Of a DNA stretch of 64,000 nucleotides, positions 25,678 through 38,300 are shown piece by piece. Position 1 is the first letter of the stretch, and every line of letters begins with the position of its first letter. Both the position numbers and the translations under genes were made by a program. The notes below the pieces were generated by a model, which did not search any database, had not been told where the DNA came from, and saw only the letters and a program-made list of their open reading frames with translations. This DNA comes from Eukaryota sp. GEM-RC1. Taxonomy: Eukaryota. The DNA lies in NCBI GenBank assembly GCA_040285855.1, contig JAUFOQ010000016.1, positions 62,001-126,000 on the forward strand, written 5' to 3'.

Positions 25678-27553
25678 CTTCAGGTCTAATCCCGAAGAAG
25701 AATTCGCTGATTGCGATCTCTAGTTGGTTTCGAGATGCTGAGATGTCTCGCGACCATTCTTGCAAACAAAGAGGACATGTGAACTTGGCATTGTTCACTC
25801 TCCTCTCGCCATTCACCATGTGATACAATTTTTGGTGGACAACCTTACAGCAGTTCACCTTTTTGAAGTATAAAACTCGTCTCCCATCACCACATTGTGC
25901 GATCTTTCTAGATAAGTCAAGAATCGCTTTCTAGGCGCTTTGACCTTTTGTCTTGATGGTCCATCTCCGCCTTTGCCAAACCAGATGCTAATTGGCCGGC
26001 CATCAGCTATAGTATTGATTTTCTGGTGTAATAAATCGAATCTTTTTGTCGTCTTATATAGAAATCGAAATTATTTCGTCGTAAAGATCGTCTGTTTCCT
26101 TCAATAAACCGTCTTTGTAGTATAGTTTTGCTCATCTGGGCATCCACAACGTGAGAAGCTAATTCGATGAGATACAGTTTAAAGTTCTCAACGATACAAG
26201 TATTCGCTGTTGTGTGAGTGAGAGCAGGGACATGGTTAATTTTTTCGGTTTTGGGGACAAACAAATCCCAGAGGCTTCAACTGGTCCATTAAGTGAACCC
26301 ACCGACCAACCACACAGATAGCTGTGGTTGGGGTCAATAGCCCAAAATAAAACACTTTCATCCAGAAGTGGTAATACTTCAGACACCTCAGATTTCTTCT
26401 TCTTCTTGGGAGGAGGACGGACAACCTTACTTTGAAGGTTCTTCTTTCGTTTTCTTGTCTTTGAAGGCCGTTGAGCAGGTTTCTCCACCAGCTCCAACTC
26501 GGCCTTTGTTCGCCTCTTTTAGTCTTTTTAGGCTTCATTGAGAAAGTGAATCTCAATGAGACTCCATCGGAGGAAATTGTGTAACTCTCAAATTTCTTCT
26601 TTCTAAAAACATCATGTGGATTTTTTTAATAAAACCTTTCGAGTAATATAATTTTGGAAATGTTTTTGAGTAGACTGGCTGAAGGGAAGAAAGCCAGGTG
26701 AATAAGATGCCATGGGCGTAAGAGCTTGCCGACGCATTCTGGTGGGCTCAACCCTCTCCAAGTGGAGGAGAAGATTAAATGCAACTTCAAAGATGAAGTT
26801 GACATTGGAAGGAGTTAAGTCAGTCATTGGAGTGGTCAAAAGGGCATCCACTCGTTCTGGGTCCATAACTTGATTGTTGAAGATGTCAACAATCTGGTGG
26901 TGCCAAGTGGTCCACCAAGGAAGAAGAGATTGCGGTGGCTCAGAGCCACGTAGAACAAGAGAAGCGTACTGCTTTGGAGAGGGACAAAGACAGTAGGTAG
27001 CTGTGGTTCGAAAGAAGTTTAGCTTCCAACTAACCAAGCCATCCGTCATCAGCTGCTGAAAGGCAGCTGCAAGCTGTTGTGCTCTTGCACTAAACAGGTC
27101 CGAGTATGCCCAGTTGATGGGACACCTCCGTTCCTTGCATGGGGGTTTGTCCCGGCCAATAGGAGGGAACGGCCAGCCTGGACGGTCTGTAGAATTTAAA
27201 AGAGCATTGAACACCTCAGTGTGCTCACTAAAAGGCTCCCGTACTGGTATCGTCTGGGAGGACGGATCCAGACAAACAAAGTCAAAACACTGGTACCAGT
27301 ACTGCTGTTCAGTCAGCCAGTACGCCAAGTGTTTGTGCTGGAGCACGAACAGTCGAGCAAGGAGGGTGCTCTGGACAGCAACTGTTCTGACGTGGCGGAA
27401 CTGCCGCTCCATGGCTTTTTGAGCTGGCACTCCGAAGAAACGGGAAATAGATGACGCGACAGTGGTTTTTTTGTCGACAGTCATCAAAGTTAAATAATTG
27501 AAGAATTTGATGTAATTTATGTAACCTCTATCACAATCGTTTGTTCTATAGTG
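25543..27553 (-). mobile_element. Candidate Fanzor-only (non-autonomous) transposon, ~2.0 kb
   Basis: Imperfect inverted termini TA|CACTATAGAACAAA and TA|CACTTTCAAAGAAA with TA on both flanks tightly enclose the Fanzor ORF and the structured 3' tail. Boundaries are inferred from a single copy. Confidence 0.55.
25655..27484 (-). CDS. Fanzor1-type (TnpB-derived) RNA-guided endonuclease, ~610 aa after repairing five single-base frameshifts
   Basis: Motifs in order: ISSDGVSLRF (TDGVS-like), FWAIDP (RuvC-I D, 26333-26335), IWFGKG, VVMGDEFYTSK (RuvC-II E, 25876-25878), NCC...CPLC zinc site, WSRDISASRN (RuvC-III D, 25745-25747), C-terminal RPEAFRRP. The repaired frame has no in-frame stop. Confidence 0.88.
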
Positions 27554-28514
27554 TATTTGTAAATTACCATCTGTGGACACCAGTTGCTGAGTAGTTGAGA
27601 CGGTTTTTAATTGCTAAGGTATGTCTTCCATGATCTCTCTTGATGAAGTTAAGAGAACCAAAAGTACTTACAAAATTTATGAAATATTGTGGATTATATT
27701 GTATTTCAACTACAGGTTACTTTCAGAAAAATATTTTACATCAATGATTAGAATCTTTTGGTAAATAAGTACAGTAGACTAGAGGTGGTTGTTCTCAGAA
27801 TTGTTTGTATGATCCCAATGGTCTCGCTAGATGAATGAATAAGATTTACGATGGGTCATCTTAACCATCTTAATTCAAACTTTGACTTAGTGGCACCATC
27901 TTTGTATATGGTAGCTACAGTATACAATCCCTGCTAGTGGAATTTGGGACTGACGGACTTTCTCCCCTTGACTTTTTTCATTCTGTGGGATGATTCCATC
28001 GTGGCGTTTCTCTCCTACTTTACATTCATGAATCTCTTTCTCAACATCCTGAAATTCCTGACATCACTAACAGTGATAAAACGGACGACGACTTTAGTAG
28101 AGACGTTTTGCTGGAGGAAGAAGGCACCAAGAACATTATATGAGCTTTCAGGGGTTAGAATATCCTTCGTCATGAAGGCAACCACAAGCTCTTCCCCTTC
28201 TGTGATGGATCAATAGCTCTCTACTTAACGTTCTCATCTGATTTCTGTTTTGAAATTCTTCCTTTGGGATGATGCTCCTTCAGTCATCACAGATGTACTT
28301 TCTGTCTTGTACACTTCATTCCTAGCTCTTATTTGTTCACTAAAACATCATGAATGATGTCAGATTTCTCATTGTGTACTTGAAACCCTTTCTCTCCTGC
28401 TTGATAAACAATGATAACCCACTAGTCTCATCAGTAGATGCACGTCAGTCATAGCTTTTATTTCACAAAACAATAAAGATCCGTCATCATCTGTTTACAT
28501 TGTATGGAACAAAC

Positions 28515-29127
28515 CAGTGTTACGCCATAACCAAAAATTAATTTGCCATACGCGTATGGGCGTATGGTAGAATGGCAGAATGGCTGACAATGGCCATCAA
28601 GCCATATCTATCCATATGCAGAATCTTACCAACACCACTTAACTTCGATCTCATACACTTCAATTTGTCATCAAATTAGTAAAACAAGTATGCTCTGTAG
28701 AATCGTGTGAAAGAGTTTGAGTACGTACTCATTCATTCACAACAAACGATGAAACAGACTTTTTGAAGTTTTTTTACTTTATAGAACAAAAATAGTGAGA
28801 TAAAAACAAAATCAAACTTATAAAGGAGCGCACAAAAAAATGGTTTCTATACAAATCAATGAAACTCAGATCAAAGACATCAAGCAATGGAAGCAGAGAT
28901 GGTATTCTGATGGTGCTAATTTTTCCTATGAGATGGATGATGTGGAGGTTTGGTTTCCAATAAAGTATATGTATCTACATTATGATAAAACCCGTCACAA
29001 AGTCTCTGTGTCGAAGAAGTTCAAATAAAGATACATGTAGTCAAAATGTGTATGGCAAAAACAGAAAATGCCATACGCGTATGGGCGTATGGACGTATGG
29101 GAGTCCATACGTGTATGGCAAACAATG
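28515..29127. mobile_element. Probable MITE with CCATA/TATGG subterminal repeats
   Basis: Ends CAGTGTTACGCCATA / TATGGCAAACAATG. GCCATACGCGTATGGGCGTATGG occurs near both ends. A relative lies at 53131-54060. No TSD found. Confidence 0.6.
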
Positions 29128-32100
29128 GCATCTCAACAAAGTGTGACACTTTAACAGAGGTTTCACTAACTCTCCAGGAATTGCTGTCCAGGATTTGCAG
29201 ACAACGAAGTGCCTATGTTGATGGCAGAATCAGTGATGCGGATATGGAACAGTTTATGGACACTTTCAAGGAAGAAAGGATAGCAGCTGAAGAATTATCC
29301 AGAATCAGACTTCAAATTTTTAGAAGTATTTCGCTGAGTTTTAATGGCACATGTAAGCTATGACTGAGAAATGTATCAACAATTCTGAAATTCTTGAGTA
29401 GTGAAAATTCCTTCCTCTACTGAATAGAATAACTGAAAATAATCAAGACGATCAGTACTCGTTGAGATGAATAAATGACCAATGAAAAGGTCTCTTTGAA
29501 TTTGAGGACAAACGTCAAAAGTTCGCAGATTTCAAAAGAAACACCACAGTCTGTGAGGTTTAAAAGATAGTTACCAAACCAGTAGTATCTCCCTCTACTC
29601 GTCAATAATATTTGATTATAATAATATTTGAAAAGACAATTGGGAGGTTTATGCATTCAAAACGAAATCCCCAGTAGACCAATTTCTTCAAAACCAATTT
29701 CTTCTTCGTCCTCCCTCAGAACCTGTTCCTTCCCCTGGAACTGAAGAAGCTCATTGTTCTTTTAATAAATTACCAAAATTAAGATTGCCAAAAGCATCCA
29801 GTGGTACTTGTGTTGAGAATCCATTGGATAAATTTGATTGGTATGAAGACATCAATTTTAAACGAGAGCTATTCAATCAATCAAAGAAAATGCTTTTAAT
29901 CTTAGAAAAAGAAAACAATACATTGAAACAGCAACATGTAGAATTGAAAAATGAATTGGATGGATTGAAGAAATGAACTATAATAAAATGATTATTTATT
30001 AATGAAAATGAACGTGACACTTTATAAAGAAGATTTTGTTAATATACCGTACTTTGGAATAACTATCATTTATCAAATTAGAAAAAACAGAGAAAGGTAG
30101 AGCAGGTAAAGCCCGCAAACCTAAAAAGCCCTTACCGCGAGCTCGAGTACCGGAGAAGTTAGTAGACGTGCTGTATTTATCGGAAGGTCTGTACCATTTC
30201 AATATTGGAGTCAGTTTGTCATTGTCTTTTATTTCTTTTTCTTATGTCTAAACGACATGCTTCAACAGAGGACGAACCTCAGAGCAAGATAACCAATGAT
30301 TTTGACGATGATTTTCTTCCTTTTGAGTATGAAGTCTTATCTGGCGATGCTGCTGCTTCTTTTCTCTCAGATCTTCCCGATCAACCTACCGAGACTCCTT
30401 CTACCTCAGAACCCTCCAACAGTGTCCGACTCGTAGTCCGACTCGCAGTCTCTAATGGAACCACTGATGGAGCCGAAAGATGCCGAACTGAACGCCAGAA
30501 GAGGTCATGGCGAATAAAAATCTGTTGAATCCTGTTTCTCGCTTTCTTTCGCAAAACAATGAAAAGAAGAATCAGAGATTCACGAAAAGTTCAGACGAAG
30601 ATAAGAACTTCACCGGATCAGATACGCATTTATTGAGATGAACAGCAGAGTATGTTCTACGAAAAGGATTGAGGCCGTCAGGTTCTAGATGAATGTTCCG
30701 TGTATAAAGATATAACAGCAAAACCATAGGAGATGTTAGATCGGTCTGAAGTCCCGATGTTAGAATCGTAATTTCATTTCATTTACACTTAAGGTTCATA
30801 GCAGTATCATACAGTAAGTAAGAATATACTCCCAAAAAGTCCATTAAATCCACTTTTTGGGGAGACTCTGTTTTCCACATGCTAAGTATGTCATTAAATA
30901 CCATAGTTGAGAATCTCAAATTTAATAAATACTAGAAATGACCATTAGAGTTCAGAATCGATGCTTGAACAATCAAATAAAACACACTAGTTTTCATGTT
31001 AACATGAGATGGTTTTAAAACGCTGCTACGGTCAAATTTGTATAACAGGGCTCGCCAAAGGGGTAATGACAAATATATATATTTGTAGTAGCATACAGAT
31101 CTGTATTTGAAATCCTCTTTTTGTCTGCAAAATCCAACAATCTGTAACATTCAGATTATCTGTACGCTTTCATCGGATAAATGTTTGTGTTTACAGTTTG
31201 ATTCTCTTTTAAAAACAGATCTTCTTGAAAATGAGACTACTTACTAAGTCATGTGCTGACTGAATAGGTGTCTCACTATTTCGGACGCCATAAAAATTGC
31301 CTGGCATATTCATTGGTATTAAAATTATGTTTTTGAACTGAATTAAGGAAAACGATAACTTAACCCGTCCCCTGAATTAATTCATAAATACATGGCCAAT
31401 AAACAACTTTAGAATCGTTGTAGTTGTTCCACTTGGATTTGGATCGAGTGTAACACACTACAAGGCTTCTAATTAAGCACCATAGCCAATCGCGCTGGAA
31501 ACAACCCTCTGATTCAATAACCCGCTTGTTCCATCATACAAATAATACAAATAATTGTAATTCATCACTTCCAAGTAATGAAAGATTAATGATTCATTCT
31601 TTACCAATTACGAAGGAAGTGGAAAAGAGCAATACAAAATCACTTTTGTACTGCAATCCCATTTAGTGTGTTTTCATCACCAGTTACTGACAGACACTTT
31701 ATAATAGCCTGATTATGGATTTCATGCATAAGTTGAACCCTTATTTAGTAATTTTAATTAATTAAAATTCTCGTCGAGTCGACTTACATGGTCCTTTTAT
31801 GCATTGCAGTCAAATTGTCACTAATGTCACAACATTAGATCCACGTGCTCAAACTTATGTCAACAGCTTAACTTCAGATGGTTTTAGTTAATCCTAGAAA
31901 CAGCCGAAAATCGTAAAATGTATTTGTATTCCAAAGATGTTGCTAAACTCAATCAAAATTTGGATTTCCAAATTTGCATTTGTTCCATTTGCTATTTCAC
32001 TTTTCGGCAGTTTCCGTGAAATGGCTTCTCAGTTTTTAACTGATTTTGGATCTATCTGTAGGTCTCAGATATAATTTATCAATTTGGAATATCCGTTTGA

Positions 32101-32292
32101 TTTGTTCTCTGTTCCGTTCGATGCCTAAGTTTATTAAATCAATTATCACGAAGTTGTATATGAACTGTGGTAGTGTTGACAAGAAATTGTCTGCATTATT
32201 ATTTATGTACAATGTAGCTTTAATTTTGATCAGATCATCTGTCTAAATTGTAACTCATTTTGTTGAAGTGTCACTTTATATAGTTAGGCATT

Positions 32293-33216
32293 ATGAGTAC
32301 ACGAAAGCGTCTTTTTGTCATGGCTGATTCAGATGATGATACAGACAATGATGTAGATGAGGCTCCTACAAAGAAGCTACCAACATTATCACCTTCTTCT
32401 TGCTCCTCATCTACAGTAGAGTCTTCTGACTCGGACAGTGATGGGTCCCCTGTAGCACCTTCAATATCTTTCTATGCTTCGGTCAACTTGACGTCTCCTT
32501 CTACTCAACTACAAATCCCAAACACTGAGTTTACAGAGTCATTCTTTGTTTTTCTTCAGTTTCTAGCATTTGTTTTGAAGTATCCTGATGAACTCGAAGC
32601 TCTTTCACCCAATTCTCTACAATACCTAGAAAGCCATACTAGACGTGTCCAAATAGAAGCCAAAACTATAGCATCATCTGCTTCCTCTAACTCATGGAAC
32701 CGTGTTTTTGTTGATCACACACAGTCTAGACCGTACATCACCATAAGACAAACCAGCTACAATCCTCTCAATGTTTGCTCTGCCTGTAATCGACCCTTGA
32801 TCAGTGAGAACCAATACAGAGTTGTTCTTTCAGGACCTTGCGTCTGGAAGGACGAAATTAGCGATAAGTCATATCTATCATGGTACTCGAACTGTCATGA
32901 ACTTTTGGAACGTGGATTTGAAGAAGATTTGTCTTTCAGCTTAGGAGAAACTTGTGTATATCGTCTCTTAAATCAACATCAGTTGTATCACTTTATTTTC
33001 ACTGCAGCAAACAAAATTGATAAAATGTCTCTTAAATTTGCCGAAATTGTGGATGGCTTTGCTCCAGAAACTTGCAGATTTGGAAGTTCTTTATTGAATC
33101 AATTCGAAAAATTAAAATCTAGAGTTAATCCACACAGAAAGAGATCAACTCACTTATTAAAACGAGGTTTTTCATTTTCCAATGCACCAGTAGAAGTTTA
33201 CACTGACTCTGAATAG
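32293..33216 (+). CDS. CCDC82/DUF4211-like protein with acidic N-terminus
   Basis: CSACNR...VVLSG...FSLGETC..R...HQLYH pattern in an intact 307-aa ORF. Confidence 0.65.
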   Translation: MSTRKRLFVMADSDDDTDNDVDEAPTKKLPTLSPSSCSSSTVESSDSDSDGSPVAPSISFYASVNLTSPSTQLQIPNTEFTESFFVFLQFLAFVLKYPDELEALSPNSLQYLESHTRRVQIEAKTIASSASSNSWNRVFVDHTQSRPYITIRQTSYNPLNVCSACNRPLISENQYRVVLSGPCVWKDEISDKSYLSWYSNCHELLERGFEEDLSFSLGETCVYRLLNQHQLYHFIFTAANKIDKMSLKFAEIVDGFAPETCRFGSSLLNQFEKLKSRVNPHRKRSTHLLKRGFSFSNAPVEVYTDSE

Positions 33217-33294
33217 TCAAAAAGAAAGTAATTTGAGGTTAATTGAGTTACAGTTTCAATAGTTGAACAGAAATTTAAAAAATGATAATTGACA

Positions 33295-34839
33295 TCATTG
33301 CAGAATTGGGATAACTCGATCGTTTTTCGAAATAAAGTTTCCTATATGTAGTTCTTTTAAATATTCCAGATATCCAGAAACGAGGAATCCGAATCCTTCA
33401 ATTCCATGTTTTGAGCACAGATTTTTTAAAAATTCCAAGAGAAATACATCATTTGCATTAGAGTTGGAATTTGTACAGTGTGGAACAAGTTCAACGACTT
33501 CACAATCAATTGTAGGTTTTTGTAGTTTTTGAATTAATTCAAAATTTGAAATACTGACACCTAAAATGTCCAATTGTGGTCGCCAATCAATATTGATAGC
33601 CATTTTCAAGACTGTTGACAAACCCTGTGGATACTTAATGTCCCAATCAACAATCAATCGTCCATCAATCAAATGGAACGTTTCAGTAATCAATCGAGCA
33701 TACTGCTGATTGGCCTTCCTCAGTTCAATTTTTTGAGGATTGATTAAACCATTAATATAAGAAATTACATCAAAATGCTCAATGAATGACTTTTCAATAA
33801 ATTGAGAAATTGAATTAAACGTTCCAATAGCGTTTGAATTCAGAGGTAGAATTCCTCCTAAACTTTGTAACCATGAAGGGAAGCGAAAAAGACCAAGCTT
33901 TGAGGGAATATTGGGATTGAAACGTAACAAATCCTGATTATCTGAAGACTTCAACAGAATTCCTAACACACTGTTGACAGGATCGACAAATTCTTTTCCT
34001 GAATATTTTTTAGATTCTAGTGGTAACATTCTGGTTCCAGAGACTACAAAGGCAAGAAAATTCAATTCTTCAAAATAGTAGATATACATGGAAATGAAAT
34101 CCTTCTCAGTTTTAAACGACAAACAGACACATTTTTGATAAATTCTGTAACTGAAACCTCGAATTACTTCAGAGTCAGCAGCTTCAACGGAAACAGAAAT
34201 GGTGCTGATCAATGCAGCTTTCATGTAGAGAGTAAAAAGAGGAAGAGGAAGATCTCGAATAGAAGGATGGAAAGCATAATCTTCAGAAAGAGAGATTTTG
34301 GATAGAGAAGACGCTACAAAGGTTCGAACCTTCTTGGCGGCAGTAGTAAGGCTAGCGTAATCCTCTTCAAGAGTTGCCTTCTTGAGGGTTAGGGACTCAA
34401 CGGAATCATTGAGTAGCCGTTGTTGTTCTAATAGATGTTCCCTGGTAGAGATTTCTTGATCCAAAATAGCAAACACCTCGGCTTTGTTCTCAATGGGGTG
34501 AAGTTCTGGTGGGATGAGATCAGGATAATCTTGAAAGGGATTAGAAATCTCACTAGCTAGACGGTCATGCTCACGTTGTAGAATGTTGGCCTGAATTCGG
34601 AGCGAAGACAACTGAGAGTGTACTTTACGAGCTACTCCTCCAAGTTCCTGGTATTCCAAGCCCAATTGAATTGCTTTAGCACAATCCTGCTGCAGAGGCC
34701 AAGTAACTCTATTGATTTGGTTCAAAAGTTGAAGGAATTCAGGAGAAGATGAATCTGGAAGATCTCCTGATTCAGTCCCCACAGTAGAAATAAGGTCAAT
34801 AAGTTTGTCATATTCAGTTTCTAAGGACTGCAGCGACAT
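33295..34839 (-). CDS. THOC5: THO complex subunit 5 (THOC5/FMIP)-like protein
   Basis: Coiled coil NILQREHDRLASEI, LDQEISTREHL and LPLPLFTLY in an intact 514-aa ORF. Confidence 0.6.
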   Translation of the reverse strand: MSLQSLETEYDKLIDLISTVGTESGDLPDSSSPEFLQLLNQINRVTWPLQQDCAKAIQLGLEYQELGGVARKVHSQLSSLRIQANILQREHDRLASEISNPFQDYPDLIPPELHPIENKAEVFAILDQEISTREHLLEQQRLLNDSVESLTLKKATLEEDYASLTTAAKKVRTFVASSLSKISLSEDYAFHPSIRDLPLPLFTLYMKAALISTISVSVEAADSEVIRGFSYRIYQKCVCLSFKTEKDFISMYIYYFEELNFLAFVVSGTRMLPLESKKYSGKEFVDPVNSVLGILLKSSDNQDLLRFNPNIPSKLGLFRFPSWLQSLGGILPLNSNAIGTFNSISQFIEKSFIEHFDVISYINGLINPQKIELRKANQQYARLITETFHLIDGRLIVDWDIKYPQGLSTVLKMAINIDWRPQLDILGVSISNFELIQKLQKPTIDCEVVELVPHCTNSNSNANDVFLLEFLKNLCSKHGIEGFGFLVSGYLEYLKELHIGNFISKNDRVIPILQ

Positions 34840-35314
34840 CTTTTAACAACTGAAGAAAACAGAAAGATTGTGAATTCGAATTCTTTAGAAAGGTCCATGT
34901 CCATTGTCCTGCCTTTTCTTTCTGTCTTCTCTTCATATTCAGAAGTTGTTGAAATACGGCGACTGTACACCAGTCCCAATCCTACATTTGAATACTAATG
35001 AGTTTATAAAAACTGGATAGGAAGTCAACAATTATATCCAGTATTGTGCAAAGAAATCATTGTCTTTGGTTTGACTCACTCTACATGTACTATGCGTCTT
35101 TCTAGATGACGAAAACGACGTATACGAGGTGTAATAAATGCAAATATATCTACTGCTGTAGATGTCTTTGGAGTGTATCTCTGGCCAAGAAAACCGTCTT
35201 CAATTTGACAATTAAACACAAAAATCCAAACACGTGATAAAGACAAAAATCTTGAAAAATCTAACCGAGTTTATTGGTGATTGAATTAAAAAAGTACAAC
35301 TCTAATTGCAAACA

Positions 35315-38300
35315 TTAAGAAGGTGAATAACTACCAGGAGAATAACTTAACGTTGGAGAATAAGCACCAGGAGTATATGAAGTACCAGGTGAATAATTTG
35401 GACTAGATGGTGAATAGGACGCATAACTGGGAGACGTAGGGTTTGCTCCATAGAGAGGACTACTAGGACTATAACCGCCAGCGGTATAACCAGAAAACCC
35501 AACTCCAGATGGCGATCCATAAGCAGGACTTGATGGACTATAACCAACTGAATATGAAGGAGAAGTTGGTAATGCTTGGTAAGTTGGTGATGAAGGACTA
35601 TAACCCATACTAGGATTATACCCACCACTATAACCAGCAAAGTATTGTCCAGGTGATGCAGACATAGGTGAAGAAGGAGAGAACCCAATTGTTGGTGGAA
35701 CAAAAGGAGACTGTGCTGGAACAAAAGGACTTTGAGGAACCCAATGAGGTGAAGGTTCTGATAAACTATATCCTGCACTTCTGATATGAGGTGAAGCAAC
35801 AGGAAGGAATGGCGAAGGAGCAATACCAGGGGAAGCTGGGTAATCAGTAGCAGCGATTGGTGATAGAGCAGGAGACCAAGCAACATTAGCATCAGCCATG
35901 AAACCACTGTTAAAGGTATTCTCTGTAAAAGCTCCTTCAACCATGGGAGTACTAGCTGAGGCAACTTCTTCCATAATCATTGTACTTTCACTGGATTTAC
36001 CATCAAAAACAGCAGAAACTGCTTCTTCTAACAAAGTTTCATTGATAAAACAGTCAATAACTCCAGATCCTAGTCTGGAATCCTGACCAAGCATAATAGA
36101 AGGAGTAGGTCCTTGAATAGGATCAGTTTCAGCATACATTGCTGCTTCAAACAACATATCCACAGTTTCTTCAAAGGAGCATCTGGTAAGAGCAGGCAAC
36201 TCAGTTCTATTGATACCTTGTCTAGAAACAGCCATAAGGTATCCTCTAGCAGTCATAACGTCAACAAGCATAGCTAAATGCCTGTAATTAATATAAGATC
36301 CATCAAATGAAATAACATGTCTAAGTTCATTTAAAAGAGACTTTCTTGCAGCTTCAATACCGAGCACGTCATTGATTTCATGAACGTGATTAGAAGCAGT
36401 TCTGACAGAATCAACTCCAGGTACAGACAACACAGAAAGCAAAGCAATACCTTCAGTATCCAAGATCCACTCTTTGGACTGTATGAAGGCTCCAGTTGTT
36501 TGATCAACTTTAGGAGTTTTAACTTCACGGAGATATACTTTGGTGACACCTTCATAACCACGAAGTTTAACATTATTCAAAATTTCAGATTCGATTTCCT
36601 TTAGAGTTCGAAGGGAATCTTCGGTAGTGATAACCAAACTTTCCTTATCTTCTTCTCTTGGAACAATTCTAATACGAATAACTTGGTTTTCTTCAAATTC
36701 ATTAGAAAACACAACATGAATATCACCAGGAAATTCATTAGAAATAGCAGCAGCCACATCGGCCACATTAAGTTTCTTGTCAATCATCAATTCACGATCT
36801 AACACAATTCTAAGAATCCAAGGATCAAAGAGTTCAGGACGTAAGTCACCATCTTCAGGCAATTCCCAATAGGTTTGGACCATTTCCTTATCTTCTTCAA
36901 TCAAAGTTGATTGATTGGTTTCCCTTACATTCAAGTGGATCATACCAAATCTCAGTTACAGCAGCTACATGTTTAACACAAGTAAATTCAATTTTACTCT
37001 TAATTCCATTAGCCTCATCGTCATCTTGAGATATGGCTTCGTCAAGATACACAGACATACTAGGAGTTTTGATATTCTTGGCAACATTGATCAGCTCCTG
37101 AAGTCTTGGCACACCTAATGTTACATTCTTTGAAGAAACACCAGCGTAATGGAAAGTATTCAAAGTCATTTGAGTTGCAGGTTCACCAATAGACTGTGCT
37201 GCAATGATACCAACCATCTCACCAGGAGTAATTAAGGCTCCATGGAACTTAGTCTCAACTTCACCTAAGAGCCACTCGAAGGCTTCTCTTGACAATCTGA
37301 ATTCATGAGTTATTGGTTTTGAAGCAAGCATTGCTTTGAGATGGATAACAAACAAAGACAAAGCATTGCGCTCTTCTTGTGAAGAAGTAGGAGAATGAGG
37401 AGCGATTACCCTCAAGCGATCAACAAGTTCTTGTACTTGACGGACAACAAATACAGGGGAAAGATCAGTAGGAAGTCTTGAATCAATGTTAAAAATAATA
37501 GTAGCATTGGTAATAATTCTGTCAACATGAACAGCAAGAGGCCATCTATCTTCACCAGATTTAAAAATACGTTCACGCAGATCAGTTCGATCATTTTCTA
37601 AAATATTAAATTCCTTTTCAAGTTCAGCTTCGCCTTCGACTGACCGACACTCTAAAATGATGTCCGGTTCCAGAATGTTCTTTCCATAATCGTGGTGATC
37701 AACATGATGGTAATACTTGTCAATGAAAGCATCATCTGTCAATTTGAGTGATGGAACTTTCTGTTTCTCAAGGAAAGCAGCATCCAAACCATCTTCACCA
37801 TAGAGAAACTGGATAATCATTCCAGTAGAATTTCTAACAGTACCATCATAATGCACCATAACATCTTCCATAGCCTTAATTAACCTTCGCTGAATGTATC
37901 CAGAAGTACTTGTCTTTACAGCGGTATCAATCAGACCTTCCCTTCCAGCCATTGCATGGAAAAAGAACTCTTGGGGAGTCAAACCTTCCATATATGACTT
38001 TTCAACAAAACCTCTTGAAGCAGGGCCAAGATCATCGTAGTCAAAATGAGGAAGAGTTCTGTGGTAGAAACCAAAGTTAATACGTTGTCCTTCAAGATTC
38101 TGTTGACCAACACAAGCCATGATTTGAGAAATATTAATAAAAGAACCCTTGGATCCAGCATCAGCCATGAGTTTCAAAGAATTACTAGCTTTTAATGAGT
38201 TTTGAGCAGTTTTTCCAGAGTCATCTCTAGCTTTGTTTAGAGATCCAGATACTTCACTTTCAAAAGCATCAGAAGCAGTTTGACCAGGTCTTGTTTTAAT

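Noticed and set aside
27485..27580. GTG-started N-terminal extension of the Fanzor ORF
   Set aside because: Non-ATG start that crosses the inferred element end at 27553. Fanzor-like sequence begins at ATG 27484.
29130..29363. VPS37/ESCRT-I-like C-terminal fragment (AYVDGRISDADMEQFMDTFKEER)
   Set aside because: Short, weak resemblance with no start or upstream part. It cannot be supported without a profile search.
27600..32290. Partner transposase or accessory genes for the Fanzor element
   Set aside because: Only short stop-riddled ORFs, with no DDE, HUH or recombinase motifs recognisable on either strand.
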